Assembly: GCA_963709485.1 (NCBI GenBank)
Contig: CAVPWE010000005.1
Coordinates: 401,435-465,434 of the forward strand
Source of the DNA: an uncultured delta proteobacterium
Lineage (GTDB): Bacteria > Desulfobacterota > Syntrophia > Syntrophales > Fen-1087
Length of the DNA: 64,000 nt
Direction: 5' to 3'
Position 1 is the first letter of the stretch. The number at the start of each line of letters is the position of its first letter. This document shows positions 48,152 to 60,284 of this stretch, piece by piece. Below the pieces are notes generated by a model that saw only the letters and a list, made by a program, of their open reading frames with translations, ran no database searches and was not told the DNA's origin. A program made the position numbers and the translations under genes.

Positions 48152-48757
48152 ATGAAGAAGTGTTTCGTAGTTCTGACCGTGGCGGTGGTGCTATTTTCCA
48201 CTGTATCCGCCTGTTGGGGCTGGTTCATTTACCACAAGCCGGAATTTCGCGGGCGGGTGATCGATGCGGAGACGAAGGAGCCGATCGAAGGGGCGGTGGT
48301 GGTTGTCGTCTATTACAAATGGCGTATCATCGGGCATTTGGGAGGCGGGAACGTCAAACCCCTGGACGCGAGAGAGACCCTGACGGATAGTAGGGGAGAG
48401 TTCTATTTCCCAACCTATACCGCCTTCACACCGGGTTCGAGGGAAGACGTTGTTGAATTCATTATTTTTAAGCCGGGCTACATAAAAAGTCTGGGTCCAA
48501 GTCTGGCAGGCCATCCCATGCGAGAAAAATTCTTCTCCAGCGATGTCATCGGGAAAGTGGGAGAAATAAGAGATGGACTGAATTCCTGGAAGGGCATCCT
48601 GGGGGTAGTGGATCTGAAACGGGCGAAGACAAGAGAGGAGAGATTACGGGGAAAACCCCTTCCTCCATATGATTACAGTTCGAAGGAGTTGCCACTTCTT
48701 ATCAAAATTATCAATGAAGAGAGTAAAAATCTTGGATTGGAGGGAGGTTATAAATAA
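48152..48757 (+). CDS. membrane-anchored/exported CarboxypepD_reg-like domain protein
   Basis: Start moved to ATG 48152 (GGGGAAG SD). MKKCFVVLTVAVVLFSTVSA, then GRVIDAETKEPIEGAVVVVVY...TDSRGEFYFP...FIIFKPGY. Confidence 0.7.
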   Translation: MKKCFVVLTVAVVLFSTVSACWGWFIYHKPEFRGRVIDAETKEPIEGAVVVVVYYKWRIIGHLGGGNVKPLDARETLTDSRGEFYFPTYTAFTPGSREDVVEFIIFKPGYIKSLGPSLAGHPMREKFFSSDVIGKVGEIRDGLNSWKGILGVVDLKRAKTREERLRGKPLPPYDYSSKELPLLIKIINEESKNLGLEGGYK

Positions 48758-48762
48758 GTGCC

Positions 48763-50637
48763 ATGATAACGAAGATTTTCAAGATGCTCGTTGTGATGAT
48801 ACCATTGTTTCTGATCCTTGTCGTTCAAAGCTGGGCATTGCAGGAACCTACCCATATGTCGATAAACGAGTATATTGCCCAGAATACCCTCAACAGTTTT
48901 TCCCTAGATAACTACTTAAAAACCCAACTGGGAATGACCAACGGCTATAATACTTTTTTTGATAACAAAGAAATTTTTAAGTGGCTACGAGACGGTGGTG
49001 CGTCAGAAGACGTTTTTATCCGCTTCCTAAACCATTTCCACAACCCCCTCACGGATAAGAGGCTTGATCTGTGGATATGGGGCATGACTGTGAAATCCGC
49101 CGTCGACTGGGCGCAGATGACCGCGGGCACACAGGGCGTCACCGGCAACTATTCCTGGAACGATGTGCGGGTCTATTATTTCTGGGCTCTTGCATCAGAC
49201 AGCAGGAACATGCGGGAGCATTATTTTGCAGAGACATTCAGGGGGTTGGGGCAGGTTATGCACCTCGTAGAGGATATGTCTTCGCCCGCACACACACGCT
49301 ACGACCAGCATCTCTTCATCGAGGGGTATGAGAGCTGGGCACGTCGAAATGTGACCCTGTCAGAAGATTCCACAAGACTGCTTATTTCAGGAGAACCTTC
49401 TCTCCACATCTTCTTTCAACCCAGCGCTTCATATCCTGTAAATGTCCGGAACCTCTTCGACACAAACCAGTATACGGATGTCAACCCCGACCCCGCCTTC
49501 ACCCTGAACAGCAATATCGGCCTTTCCGAATACACGAATGCGAATTTCTTCAGCGACGATACCATTGATTCCCAAATATTCCCTTCACCCCGGATTGACA
49601 GCGCAAAAAAAGTGTCCATCGATTACGCAAGCCCAAACGGCACGTATAAAAGAGAGTATTTCTATCAAGCTTGCAATGAGGAAAGCTGCGGCAAGACGAA
49701 GGCATGCAGCCAGCTGAACACAGGGTCTTACTTGCTCTCCGCCGTCGATTACTACGACTACTGGAGACGCGACATTCTCATCGGCAGCGGCATTGACCTG
49801 CCGGTCATTCCGGCTTTGGACGAAAACGTGTACGGCGATTACGCGCAATTTCTCATCCCCCGCGCGATCGGCTATTCCTCCCAGTTGCTGGGCTATTTTT
49901 TCCGTGGGCAGATAGAGGTGGCGGAGATGCCCGTCTTTGACGATCGGAATGAGAAGTTGCAGACGCTGTACGTCACCGTTCGGAATGTCACGCCCACGGG
50001 GGAGACGATGAAGGGCGGCGGCCAAAGCGGCTGCCTGATGCTTTCGTGGCGTTATGCGCCTTCCGACGGTTCAAGCGAGGTATGGGGGCGATACCCCTAT
50101 TGCGTATCGTTGCCGAAGGATCTGCCGTACGGGAAGGACGGCAGCGGGAATGCGATTGATGATGACGAACATGAGACGACGATTGTCTTCGACAATCTGG
50201 ATCAGATACAGAGCGCACCCATCTGGAAAAAAGACTATCCCCGTGTTGCATTCACGCTTGCCTACGTCGGCACGCTCGGGAACGAAACCATGCTCCCTTC
50301 CGGCACGCCGGGACAGATCAGCATCTCCGGCGCCGTCATCGGCAAGCACTTCACACCTTCGTTATCGATCGCCTTCGACGAGGAATGGATGACATCCCCC
50401 CGGGGCGATAATCTCGTGTGGTACATGAGCCACGACGCCGCGGGCGGGGTGGCGGACCCGAGGTTCTGCAATAATTTGTCCTGCTCCGATCCCATCTCCT
50501 GTCCCGGACGAAGCCGGGAGGGCGACGGACCTTGTCGATTCCGCAAACGGGGGAAGTCTGATCATGAACAATATTCGATACGCCAAGCCTTCCTGCGATC
50601 CGTCGTCGGGGGGTTACAGTTCCTTCCATTGCAATGA
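48763..50637 (+). CDS. exported protein with N-terminal zinc-dependent phospholipase C / S1-P1 nuclease-like domain
   Basis: Signal peptide ...LILVVQS followed by WALQEPTH. Motif VMHLVEDMSSPAH (nt 49255-49293) has the HxxxDxxxPxH spacing of PLC/P1 nuclease zinc sites; FLNHFHNPL lies upstream of it. The roughly 370 aa C-terminal part is unassigned. The last ~40 codons look non-coding (see findings). Confidence 0.7.
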   Translation: MITKIFKMLVVMIPLFLILVVQSWALQEPTHMSINEYIAQNTLNSFSLDNYLKTQLGMTNGYNTFFDNKEIFKWLRDGGASEDVFIRFLNHFHNPLTDKRLDLWIWGMTVKSAVDWAQMTAGTQGVTGNYSWNDVRVYYFWALASDSRNMREHYFAETFRGLGQVMHLVEDMSSPAHTRYDQHLFIEGYESWARRNVTLSEDSTRLLISGEPSLHIFFQPSASYPVNVRNLFDTNQYTDVNPDPAFTLNSNIGLSEYTNANFFSDDTIDSQIFPSPRIDSAKKVSIDYASPNGTYKREYFYQACNEESCGKTKACSQLNTGSYLLSAVDYYDYWRRDILIGSGIDLPVIPALDENVYGDYAQFLIPRAIGYSSQLLGYFFRGQIEVAEMPVFDDRNEKLQTLYVTVRNVTPTGETMKGGGQSGCLMLSWRYAPSDGSSEVWGRYPYCVSLPKDLPYGKDGSGNAIDDDEHETTIVFDNLDQIQSAPIWKKDYPRVAFTLAYVGTLGNETMLPSGTPGQISISGAVIGKHFTPSLSIAFDEEWMTSPRGDNLVWYMSHDAAGGVADPRFCNNLSCSDPISCPGRSREGDGPCRFRKRGKSDHEQYSIRQAFLRSVVGGLQFLPLQ

Positions 50638-51109
50638 AGCCCTGATCGGCTACCACTATTTATCGGGCGATGCATACAACCCATTTGACAGCAGCGCCGG
50701 CAGGTCTGTTTTCCCCGTTGAGATTACAAAAGATTCGTATCTTCAGATCAGCGTGGACGAGATGTCCGTCAGCCCCGTTCCTCCGGAAACCGGTTACGCG
50801 ACGGCCTACCAGGCGGTGGAGTTTTATTTCAGTCACGGGTATGTATTGCAGTACTCCGTGGGCGACCAGTTCCTTTATAATCCTTCTCCCTATGTCGGTT
50901 ATTTCTATCTCGATCCCGGCCATATCAACGCGGATAATATCTACGAACTGTTCGCGATGTACGGTTTCCCGACCCCGCCTCCGGACCTAAAGCTGAACAA
51001 CATCCGCATCGTCCAGCAGACCTTTCCGGAGCTGCCCTGTAATCTCGGATATACACAGACAATGAAGCTCGATCTCATTCGCATCGGCGAGATGAAACCG
51101 CTCCATTAG
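50564..51109 (+). CDS. hypothetical protein, or the C-terminal continuation of 48763..50637 after a frameshift
   Basis: Track ORF in the next (+1) frame, overlapping the previous ORF by 74 nt. It lacks a signal peptide although its neighbours are exported. GGGGGAAG lies upstream of the ATG. Confidence 0.5.
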   Translation: MNNIRYAKPSCDPSSGGYSSFHCNEALIGYHYLSGDAYNPFDSSAGRSVFPVEITKDSYLQISVDEMSVSPVPPETGYATAYQAVEFYFSHGYVLQYSVGDQFLYNPSPYVGYFYLDPGHINADNIYELFAMYGFPTPPPDLKLNNIRIVQQTFPELPCNLGYTQTMKLDLIRIGEMKPLH

Positions 51110-51361
51110 CCGCAGTCATCGTTCATTTGATCCATTGCAGCCAGCAAAGCCTGCGGGTTTGACCGCTGTTCCTGTTTCAAGCTTTTCTTTGACAGTTGTT
51201 GAACGGGCAGTTTTTGTCACCTGCTGTCATCGTTGGATCGCTTTGCTCAAGCCGGACGGGAAGGTCACCAATGTATCGTCCGCATGAATGGAAAGATGGC
51301 CCGGAAGGATTCGGCGGCCCGGCGGTTTCCCGGCGTTGGTTCCGCGCAAGAATGCCGACAC

Positions 51362-52801
51362 TCAGAACAGGCCGGGCATCTCCTGCTGTTCGAAACAGAA
51401 TTTTCCGATGTCCTTCGGCGGCGGGAGAGGATAGTTGCCGGAGTAGCAGGCCAGGCAGAAATGGTCCGGGTTCATGCCGGTGGCGGCCACCATCCCCTCG
51501 ATGCTCAGGTAGTGCAGGGAGTCGAGCCCGATGAACTTGGCGATCTCGGCTTCGGCGCCTTTCTGCGCGGCGATCAGCTCGCCCTTGGACGAAAAGTCGA
51601 TCCCGTAGGGGCAGGGGTGGCGCGTGGGCGGGCAGCTCACCGCCATGTGAATCTCGGTGGCGCCGTTTTCCCGCAGATTCCGGACGCGGTTCCGGCTGGT
51701 CGTCCCCCGAATGATGGAATCCTCTACGATCAGCACCCTCTTGCCGGAGAGAAGCGGCCGCACGGGGTTCAGCTTGACGCGGACGCCGAAATCCCGCATG
51801 GCCTGCGTCGGCTGGATAAAGGTACGGCCCACATAGTGGTTGCGGATCATCCCCATCTCGAAGGGCAGCCCGCTCTCCTCGGCATACCCGAGGGCGGCGT
51901 AGTTGCCCGAATCCGGGAAGGGCATGACGAGGTCGACATCCGGCCGGTATTCCCGGGCCATGCCGTGGCCGAGGCGCTTCCGGCAGAGATAGACATTCTC
52001 CCCGAAGATCTGGCTGTCCGGGCGGGCAAAATAGATCAGCTCGAAGATGCAGTGGGCCGGTTTCACCCGGGGATAGGGCGTCAGGCTCTGCACCCCCGAC
52101 TCGTCGATGACGATAATCTCGCCGGGCTCCACGTCCCGAAGGTACCTTGCCCCCACCAGGTCCAGGGCGCAGGTTTCCGAGGCGACCACCCACCCCCCGT
52201 TGAACGCGCCCAGGCAGAGGGGCCTGAAGCCGCGCGGATCGCGGGCGGCGACCACCTTGCCGCGGGTCATCATGACCAGGCTGTAAGCGCCCTGAACACG
52301 CCCGAGCGCATAGACGAGGGCCGCCTCGAAGCCGATTTTCAGGTGCGGCGCCATGAGGTGAATGATGACCTCGCTGTCCATAGTGGACTGAAAGATGGAG
52401 CCCCGGTCCTCCAGCTCCGCCCGCAGCTCCCGGGCATTGATCAGGTTCCCGTTGTGGCCCAGGGCGTAGTACTCGTCGCCGTGATGCGCCAGGAAGGGCT
52501 GGGCGTTGGAGATGACGGAGGATCCCGTCGTGGAGTAGCGGACATGGCCGATGGCCATCCGGCCGGGCAGTCCGGACAGCGTATCCTCCCGGAAGACCTC
52601 GGAGACCAGGCCCATCCCCTTGCGCTCCAGGATCTGGCATCCGTCCGCGGCGGCGATGCCGGCGCTTTCCTGTCCCCGGTGCTGCAGGGCAAAGAGCCCG
52701 AAGAAGGCCACTCTGGCCGCCTCGTCGTGCCCGTAGACGGCAAAGACGCCGCACTCCTCCCTCGGCCTGCCGTCCGATTCGTGAAACTGGTCTCTTTCCA
52801 T
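51362..52801 (-). CDS. purF: amidophosphoribosyltransferase
   Basis: Start moved to ATG 52801 (GGGAAGGTG SD), which leaves a short propeptide before the catalytic CGVFAVYG. Further motifs are FGLFALQHRGQESAGIA and a PRT-type LIVEDSIIRGTT. Confidence 0.95.
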   Translation of the reverse strand: MERDQFHESDGRPREECGVFAVYGHDEAARVAFFGLFALQHRGQESAGIAAADGCQILERKGMGLVSEVFREDTLSGLPGRMAIGHVRYSTTGSSVISNAQPFLAHHGDEYYALGHNGNLINARELRAELEDRGSIFQSTMDSEVIIHLMAPHLKIGFEAALVYALGRVQGAYSLVMMTRGKVVAARDPRGFRPLCLGAFNGGWVVASETCALDLVGARYLRDVEPGEIIVIDESGVQSLTPYPRVKPAHCIFELIYFARPDSQIFGENVYLCRKRLGHGMAREYRPDVDLVMPFPDSGNYAALGYAEESGLPFEMGMIRNHYVGRTFIQPTQAMRDFGVRVKLNPVRPLLSGKRVLIVEDSIIRGTTSRNRVRNLRENGATEIHMAVSCPPTRHPCPYGIDFSSKGELIAAQKGAEAEIAKFIGLDSLHYLSIEGMVAATGMNPDHFCLACYSGNYPLPPPKDIGKFCFEQQEMPGLF

Positions 52802-52901
52802 CACACCTTCCCGATCCTCTTCGATGCCGCCCCACGAACGGCACAGAGCCCCCGCTCGGCCGTCTTCAGCCGCCCGCGGGCGGCGCACCGGATTTTCTTT
52901 T

Positions 52902-56120
<3,219 letters not shown>

Positions 56121-56198
56121 CTTCCTTCCAATTCCTTATCCATCCCCCTTCCCCTTCCCCAATTAGGGATCAGGGAAGTGTCTTCCTGATCCTTGCTC

Positions 56199-57728
56199 CT
56201 ATTCCCACTCGATCGTGCTGGGCGGTTTGGAGCTGATGTCGTAGACGACCCGGTTCACCCCCCGGACCTCGTTGATGATCCGGTTGGCGATCCTGCCCAG
56301 CAGCTCATGGGGAATCCTGGCCCAGTCGGCCGTCATGGCGTCGTCGCTGGTGACGGCGCGGATGGCCAGGATGTTTTCGTAGGTCCGCTGGTCCCCCATG
56401 ATGCCCACGCTCTTGACCGGAAGGAGGATGGCGAAGGACTGCCACAGCCGGCGGTACAGGTTGGCCGCGCGGATCTCGTCCATGAGGATCACATCGGCCC
56501 GGCGCAGGATGTCCAGGCGCCTTGCCGTGACCTCGCCGATGATGCGGATGGCCAGACCCGGTCCGGGAAAGGGCTGGCGCCAGACCAGCTCGTCGGACAT
56601 CCCCAGCTCCTTGCCGAGGAGCCGGACCTCATCCTTGAAGAGGTGCTTGAGCGGTTCCACCAGCGACAGATGCATCTTCTTCGGCAGCCCGCCGACGTTG
56701 TGGTGGGACTTGATCACGGCGCTGGGCCCGCCGAATGCCGAACGGGATTCGATGATATCGGGATAGAGCGTGCCCTGGGCCAGGAACCGCACCCCCCGAA
56801 TGCGCCGCGCCTCCTTCTCGAAGACCTCGATGAAGGTGCGGCCGATGATCTTCCTCTTCCGCTCCGGTTCGCCGATCCCCTTCAGGCGGTCCAGGAAGAG
56901 CCTTCCGGCCCGGGCAAAGCGCAGGTTGATATGAAAGTGCTTCCGGAAAACGTCCCGGACCTTCTGCGCCTCCCCTGCCCGAAGGACGCCGTTGTCCACA
57001 AAGACGCAGTGCAGCTGCCGGCCGATGGCCTGGTGAAGCAGGACGGCCGCCACGGAGGAGTCCACGCCGCCGCTCAGGCCGAGGATGACCCTGCCGCTTC
57101 CGACCTGGGTGCGGATTTCCTCCACGGCATCCCGCGCGAAGGACTTCATCGTCCAGGTCTTCCGGCAGCCGCAGATCCGGAAAAGGAAATTCCCGAGCAT
57201 CCGCTTCCCCTCCGGGGTATGAACCACTTCCGGGTGAAACTGAAGGCCGAAAAAGCGCCGGGCCGGATGTTCCGCCGCGGCGACTTTCGTGTTGGGCGTG
57301 GACGCCATCACCCGGAACCCTTTGGGCAGCCGGCCGATCGTGTCCCCATGGCTCATCCAGCACCGGGTCTTTTGTTCAACGCCGGTGAATATCCCCTGCG
57401 GGGACCGGATCCGCAGTTCGGCAAAACCGTACTCCCGCCGCTCCGCCCGGATCACCTCGCCGCCCAGGGCGTCCATCATGAACTGCAGGCCGTAGCAGAT
57501 TCCGAGAACGGGGATGTTCAGATCAAAGATTCGTCGATCCACGCGCGGGCTTCCCTTTTCGTAGATGCTGGCCGGGCCGCCGGAGAGGACGATGCCTTCC
57601 GGCCGCATCGCCTCGATCCTGGCAAAGTCGATATCGGGCGGCTCGATCTGGCAGTAGACATGGTGCTCGCGCACCCGCCGGGCGATCAACTGGTTGTACT
57701 GGGAGCCGAAATCGATGATCAGGATCAT
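56199..57728 (-). CDS. guaA: glutamine-hydrolysing GMP synthase
   Basis: MILIIDFGSQYNQLIARRVRE, SGGVDSSV PP-loop, and a C-terminal ...PPSTIEWE. Confidence 0.97.
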   Translation of the reverse strand: MILIIDFGSQYNQLIARRVREHHVYCQIEPPDIDFARIEAMRPEGIVLSGGPASIYEKGSPRVDRRIFDLNIPVLGICYGLQFMMDALGGEVIRAERREYGFAELRIRSPQGIFTGVEQKTRCWMSHGDTIGRLPKGFRVMASTPNTKVAAAEHPARRFFGLQFHPEVVHTPEGKRMLGNFLFRICGCRKTWTMKSFARDAVEEIRTQVGSGRVILGLSGGVDSSVAAVLLHQAIGRQLHCVFVDNGVLRAGEAQKVRDVFRKHFHINLRFARAGRLFLDRLKGIGEPERKRKIIGRTFIEVFEKEARRIRGVRFLAQGTLYPDIIESRSAFGGPSAVIKSHHNVGGLPKKMHLSLVEPLKHLFKDEVRLLGKELGMSDELVWRQPFPGPGLAIRIIGEVTARRLDILRRADVILMDEIRAANLYRRLWQSFAILLPVKSVGIMGDQRTYENILAIRAVTSDDAMTADWARIPHELLGRIANRIINEVRGVNRVVYDISSKPPSTIEWE

Positions 57729-58876
57729 GGCCGTTTCTCCTTTGCTGCAGTCATCCGTTCAACAAAGCGGTCGAACAGGTAAGCCACATCATGAGGGCCG
57801 GGCGCCGCCTCCGGGTGATACTGGACGCTGAACGCGCCCAGATCCGGGCAGTCCATCCCTTCGGAGGTGTGGTCGTTCAGGTTGTCGTGAGAAAGCTCAG
57901 GCCCGGCGGGCAAGGACTCCGGAAGGACATGAAATCCGTGGTTCTGGGAGGTGATTTCCACCCGCCCGGTTGCCCTGTTTTTGACGGGCTGGTTGATGCC
58001 GTGATGGCCGAATTTCAGCTTGCCGGTTTTACCCCCCAGGGCCTGGCCGAGGATCTGATGGCCGAGACAGATGCCGAACAGCGGAATTCTGCCCAGCACC
58101 TCGCGGGCCGCATCCACAATGTACGGGAGGGCGGCCGGGTCGCCGGGGCCGTTGGAAAAAAGAACACCGTCGGGCTGACGGGACAGGATGTCTTGGCCGG
58201 TGGCCGTCGCGGGCAGCACGATGACATCGCAGCCCCGCTTTTCGAGATGCCGCAGGATGTTGTATTTCACGCCGCAGTCGATGACGACAACGAGCAGCGG
58301 ATCATTTTTCCGCCCTTTTTTTGCGGCCCGCAGCGTCTGCGGCTTGTTGTTTTTCCAGCGATAGGGCTTCCGGCAGGTCACTTCCCGGATCAGGTCCCGG
58401 CCCACCAAACCCGGATAAGCCCGGACCCGCGCCAGCAGGGTGTCCATGTCTCTCGTTTCCGTCGTCAGGATTCCCCGCATCGCCCCCTGCACGCGCAGCC
58501 TGCGGGTCAGCGCCCGGGTGTCTATCCCTTCCACGCCCAGCTTGCCCTTGGACTCCAGAAAGGCCTTCAGGGTCCCGCCGCTGCGCCAGTTGCTCGGATC
58601 ATCCTGATATTCCCTGACGATAAATCCCTCCAGGTGGATGCCCGCGGATTCCATGTCCTCCCCGTTGATGCCGGTGTTGCCGATCAGGGGATAGGTCATG
58701 GCCACGATCTGACCCTTGTAGGAGGGATCGGTGAGGATTTCCTGGTAGCCCGTCATGCCGGTATTGAAGACCACTTCCCCCAGGACCTCGCCCCTCCCGG
58801 CAAAGGCCTGGCCGGGGAAAACGCTCCCGTCCTCGAGAACCAGAAGTGCGGATGGCTGCTCCTTCAGCAGGGACAA
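57725..58876 (-). CDS. carA: carbamoyl-phosphate synthase small (glutaminase) subunit
   Basis: LVLEDGSVFPGQAFG... N-domain and GATase motif FGICLGHQIL. Its stop overlaps the guaA ATG (ATGA). Confidence 0.95.
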   Translation of the reverse strand: MSLLKEQPSALLVLEDGSVFPGQAFAGRGEVLGEVVFNTGMTGYQEILTDPSYKGQIVAMTYPLIGNTGINGEDMESAGIHLEGFIVREYQDDPSNWRSGGTLKAFLESKGKLGVEGIDTRALTRRLRVQGAMRGILTTETRDMDTLLARVRAYPGLVGRDLIREVTCRKPYRWKNNKPQTLRAAKKGRKNDPLLVVVIDCGVKYNILRHLEKRGCDVIVLPATATGQDILSRQPDGVLFSNGPGDPAALPYIVDAAREVLGRIPLFGICLGHQILGQALGGKTGKLKFGHHGINQPVKNRATGRVEITSQNHGFHVLPESLPAGPELSHDNLNDHTSEGMDCPDLGAFSVQYHPEAAPGPHDVAYLFDRFVERMTAAKEKRP

Positions 58877-58888
58877 GTTTCAACTCCC

Positions 58889-60220
58889 CTACAGCATCGG
58901 TAGATAGCGGTCGAGTTCGAACTGGCTGACATGGGTGCGGAAGCGGTCCCATTCCAGCCTCTTGTTTTCCAGAAACTTCTCGAAAATGTGATCGCCCAGC
59001 GTATCCCGGACGAGCTTGCTCTTTTCGGTCAGGGTCATGGCCTGGTGGAGGCTGCCCGGCAGGGAAACGATCCCGGCCTTCTCGCGGGCTTTCTCATCCA
59101 TTTCAAAAATGTCCTCTTCCACCGGATCGGGCAGTTTGTACCCTTTTTCCACCCCCTTCATCCCCGCGGCCAGCATGACCGCGAAGGCCAGGTAGGGGTT
59201 GCAGGCCGGATCCGGCGACCGGTACTCGATGCGCGTGGCCTTTTCCTTGCCCGGCTTGTACATGGGCACCCGGATCATGGCGGAGCGGTTTCGCCTGGCC
59301 CAGGAGACGTACACCGGCGCCTCGTAGCCCGGAACCAGCCGCTTGTAGGAGTTCACCCACTGGTTGCAGACCGTGGTTATTTCCGGGGCGTGCACCATCA
59401 GGCCGGCAATGTAGCTTTTCGCCAATTTCGACAGATTGTACTTGTCCTTCCCGTCGAAAAATGCGTTCTTCCCGTTCTTGAACAACGACTGGTGGGTGTG
59501 CATGCCGCTGCCGTTCTGGCCGAAGATGGGCTTCGGCATGAACGTGGCATAGACGCCGTTCTGACGGGCGATTTCCTTGACGGCCGTGCGGTAGGACATG
59601 ACCTTGTCGGCCATCCTCAGGGCTTCGTCATAGCGAAGATCGATTTCGTGCTGGCTGGGCGCCACCTCATGGTGCGAGTATTCCACCCGGATCCCCAGGT
59701 CCTGCAGCGTGAAGATGGTCTGACGCCGCAGGTCCGTCGCCCGGTCGATGGGAAGGCCGTCAAAGTAGCCGCCCTGATCGAGGATCTCCGTCCCCTTCTC
59801 GTTTTGAAAGTAGAAGAATTCCAGCTCCGGTCCCACCAGGTAGGTGTAACCCTGATCGGCAACCTTCCTGATCGCCCGTTTCAGGACATAACGGGGGTCG
59901 CCTTCATAGGGGGTCCCGTCCGGATTCTGGATATCACAGATCATCCGGGCCACCGGCCGGTCTGAGGGCCGCCAGGGGATCATCTGGAAGGTCGTCGGAT
60001 CGGCCATGGCGATCATGTCGCTCTCTTCGATCCGCGCGAATCCCTCGATGGAGGAACCGTCGAAGCCCATGCCCTCTTCAATCCCCTCTTCCAGTTCCGA
60101 CGGCGTGATGCTGAACACCTTCTGCATCCCCAGGACGTCCGTGAACCAGAATTGAACAAAGCTGACATTGTAATCCTTCACCGCCTTCAGGACATCCTTT
60201 TTCGTTTTGCACTCAAACAT
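58889..60220 (-). CDS. glnA: glutamine synthetase, type I (443 aa, GSI-alpha-like)
   Basis: Start moved to ATG 60220 (GAGAGG SD). MFECKTKKDVLKAVKDYNVSFVQFWFTDVLG, GSGMHTHQS, RIEYRSPDP. No NLYDLP-type adenylylation motif was seen. Confidence 0.95.
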   Translation of the reverse strand: MFECKTKKDVLKAVKDYNVSFVQFWFTDVLGMQKVFSITPSELEEGIEEGMGFDGSSIEGFARIEESDMIAMADPTTFQMIPWRPSDRPVARMICDIQNPDGTPYEGDPRYVLKRAIRKVADQGYTYLVGPELEFFYFQNEKGTEILDQGGYFDGLPIDRATDLRRQTIFTLQDLGIRVEYSHHEVAPSQHEIDLRYDEALRMADKVMSYRTAVKEIARQNGVYATFMPKPIFGQNGSGMHTHQSLFKNGKNAFFDGKDKYNLSKLAKSYIAGLMVHAPEITTVCNQWVNSYKRLVPGYEAPVYVSWARRNRSAMIRVPMYKPGKEKATRIEYRSPDPACNPYLAFAVMLAAGMKGVEKGYKLPDPVEEDIFEMDEKAREKAGIVSLPGSLHQAMTLTEKSKLVRDTLGDHIFEKFLENKRLEWDRFRTHVSQFELDRYLPML

Positions 60221-60284
60221 GCTGAACCTCTCTTTCTTCTGATGTTTTATTTTCAAATCCGTTCGGTCTGATCCGTTCTTCGCG

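Noticed and set aside
51115-51245. Short direct repeat GTCATCGTT (about 51117 and about 51229) in the spacer before purF, considered as a possible island attachment-site remnant.
   Set aside because: The repeat is only 9 nt, both copies sit on the same side of the accessory block, and there is no matching copy in the 45158..45446 spacer and no integrase.
60221-60284. Repeated GAACGGAT motif (minus strand) in the 64-nt spacer upstream of glnA, considered as a possible regulator operator or glutamine riboswitch.
   Set aside because: There are only two 8-nt copies, with no dyad symmetry. The spacer is too short and lacks the conserved features I associate with the glnA RNA motif, so the evidence is insufficient.
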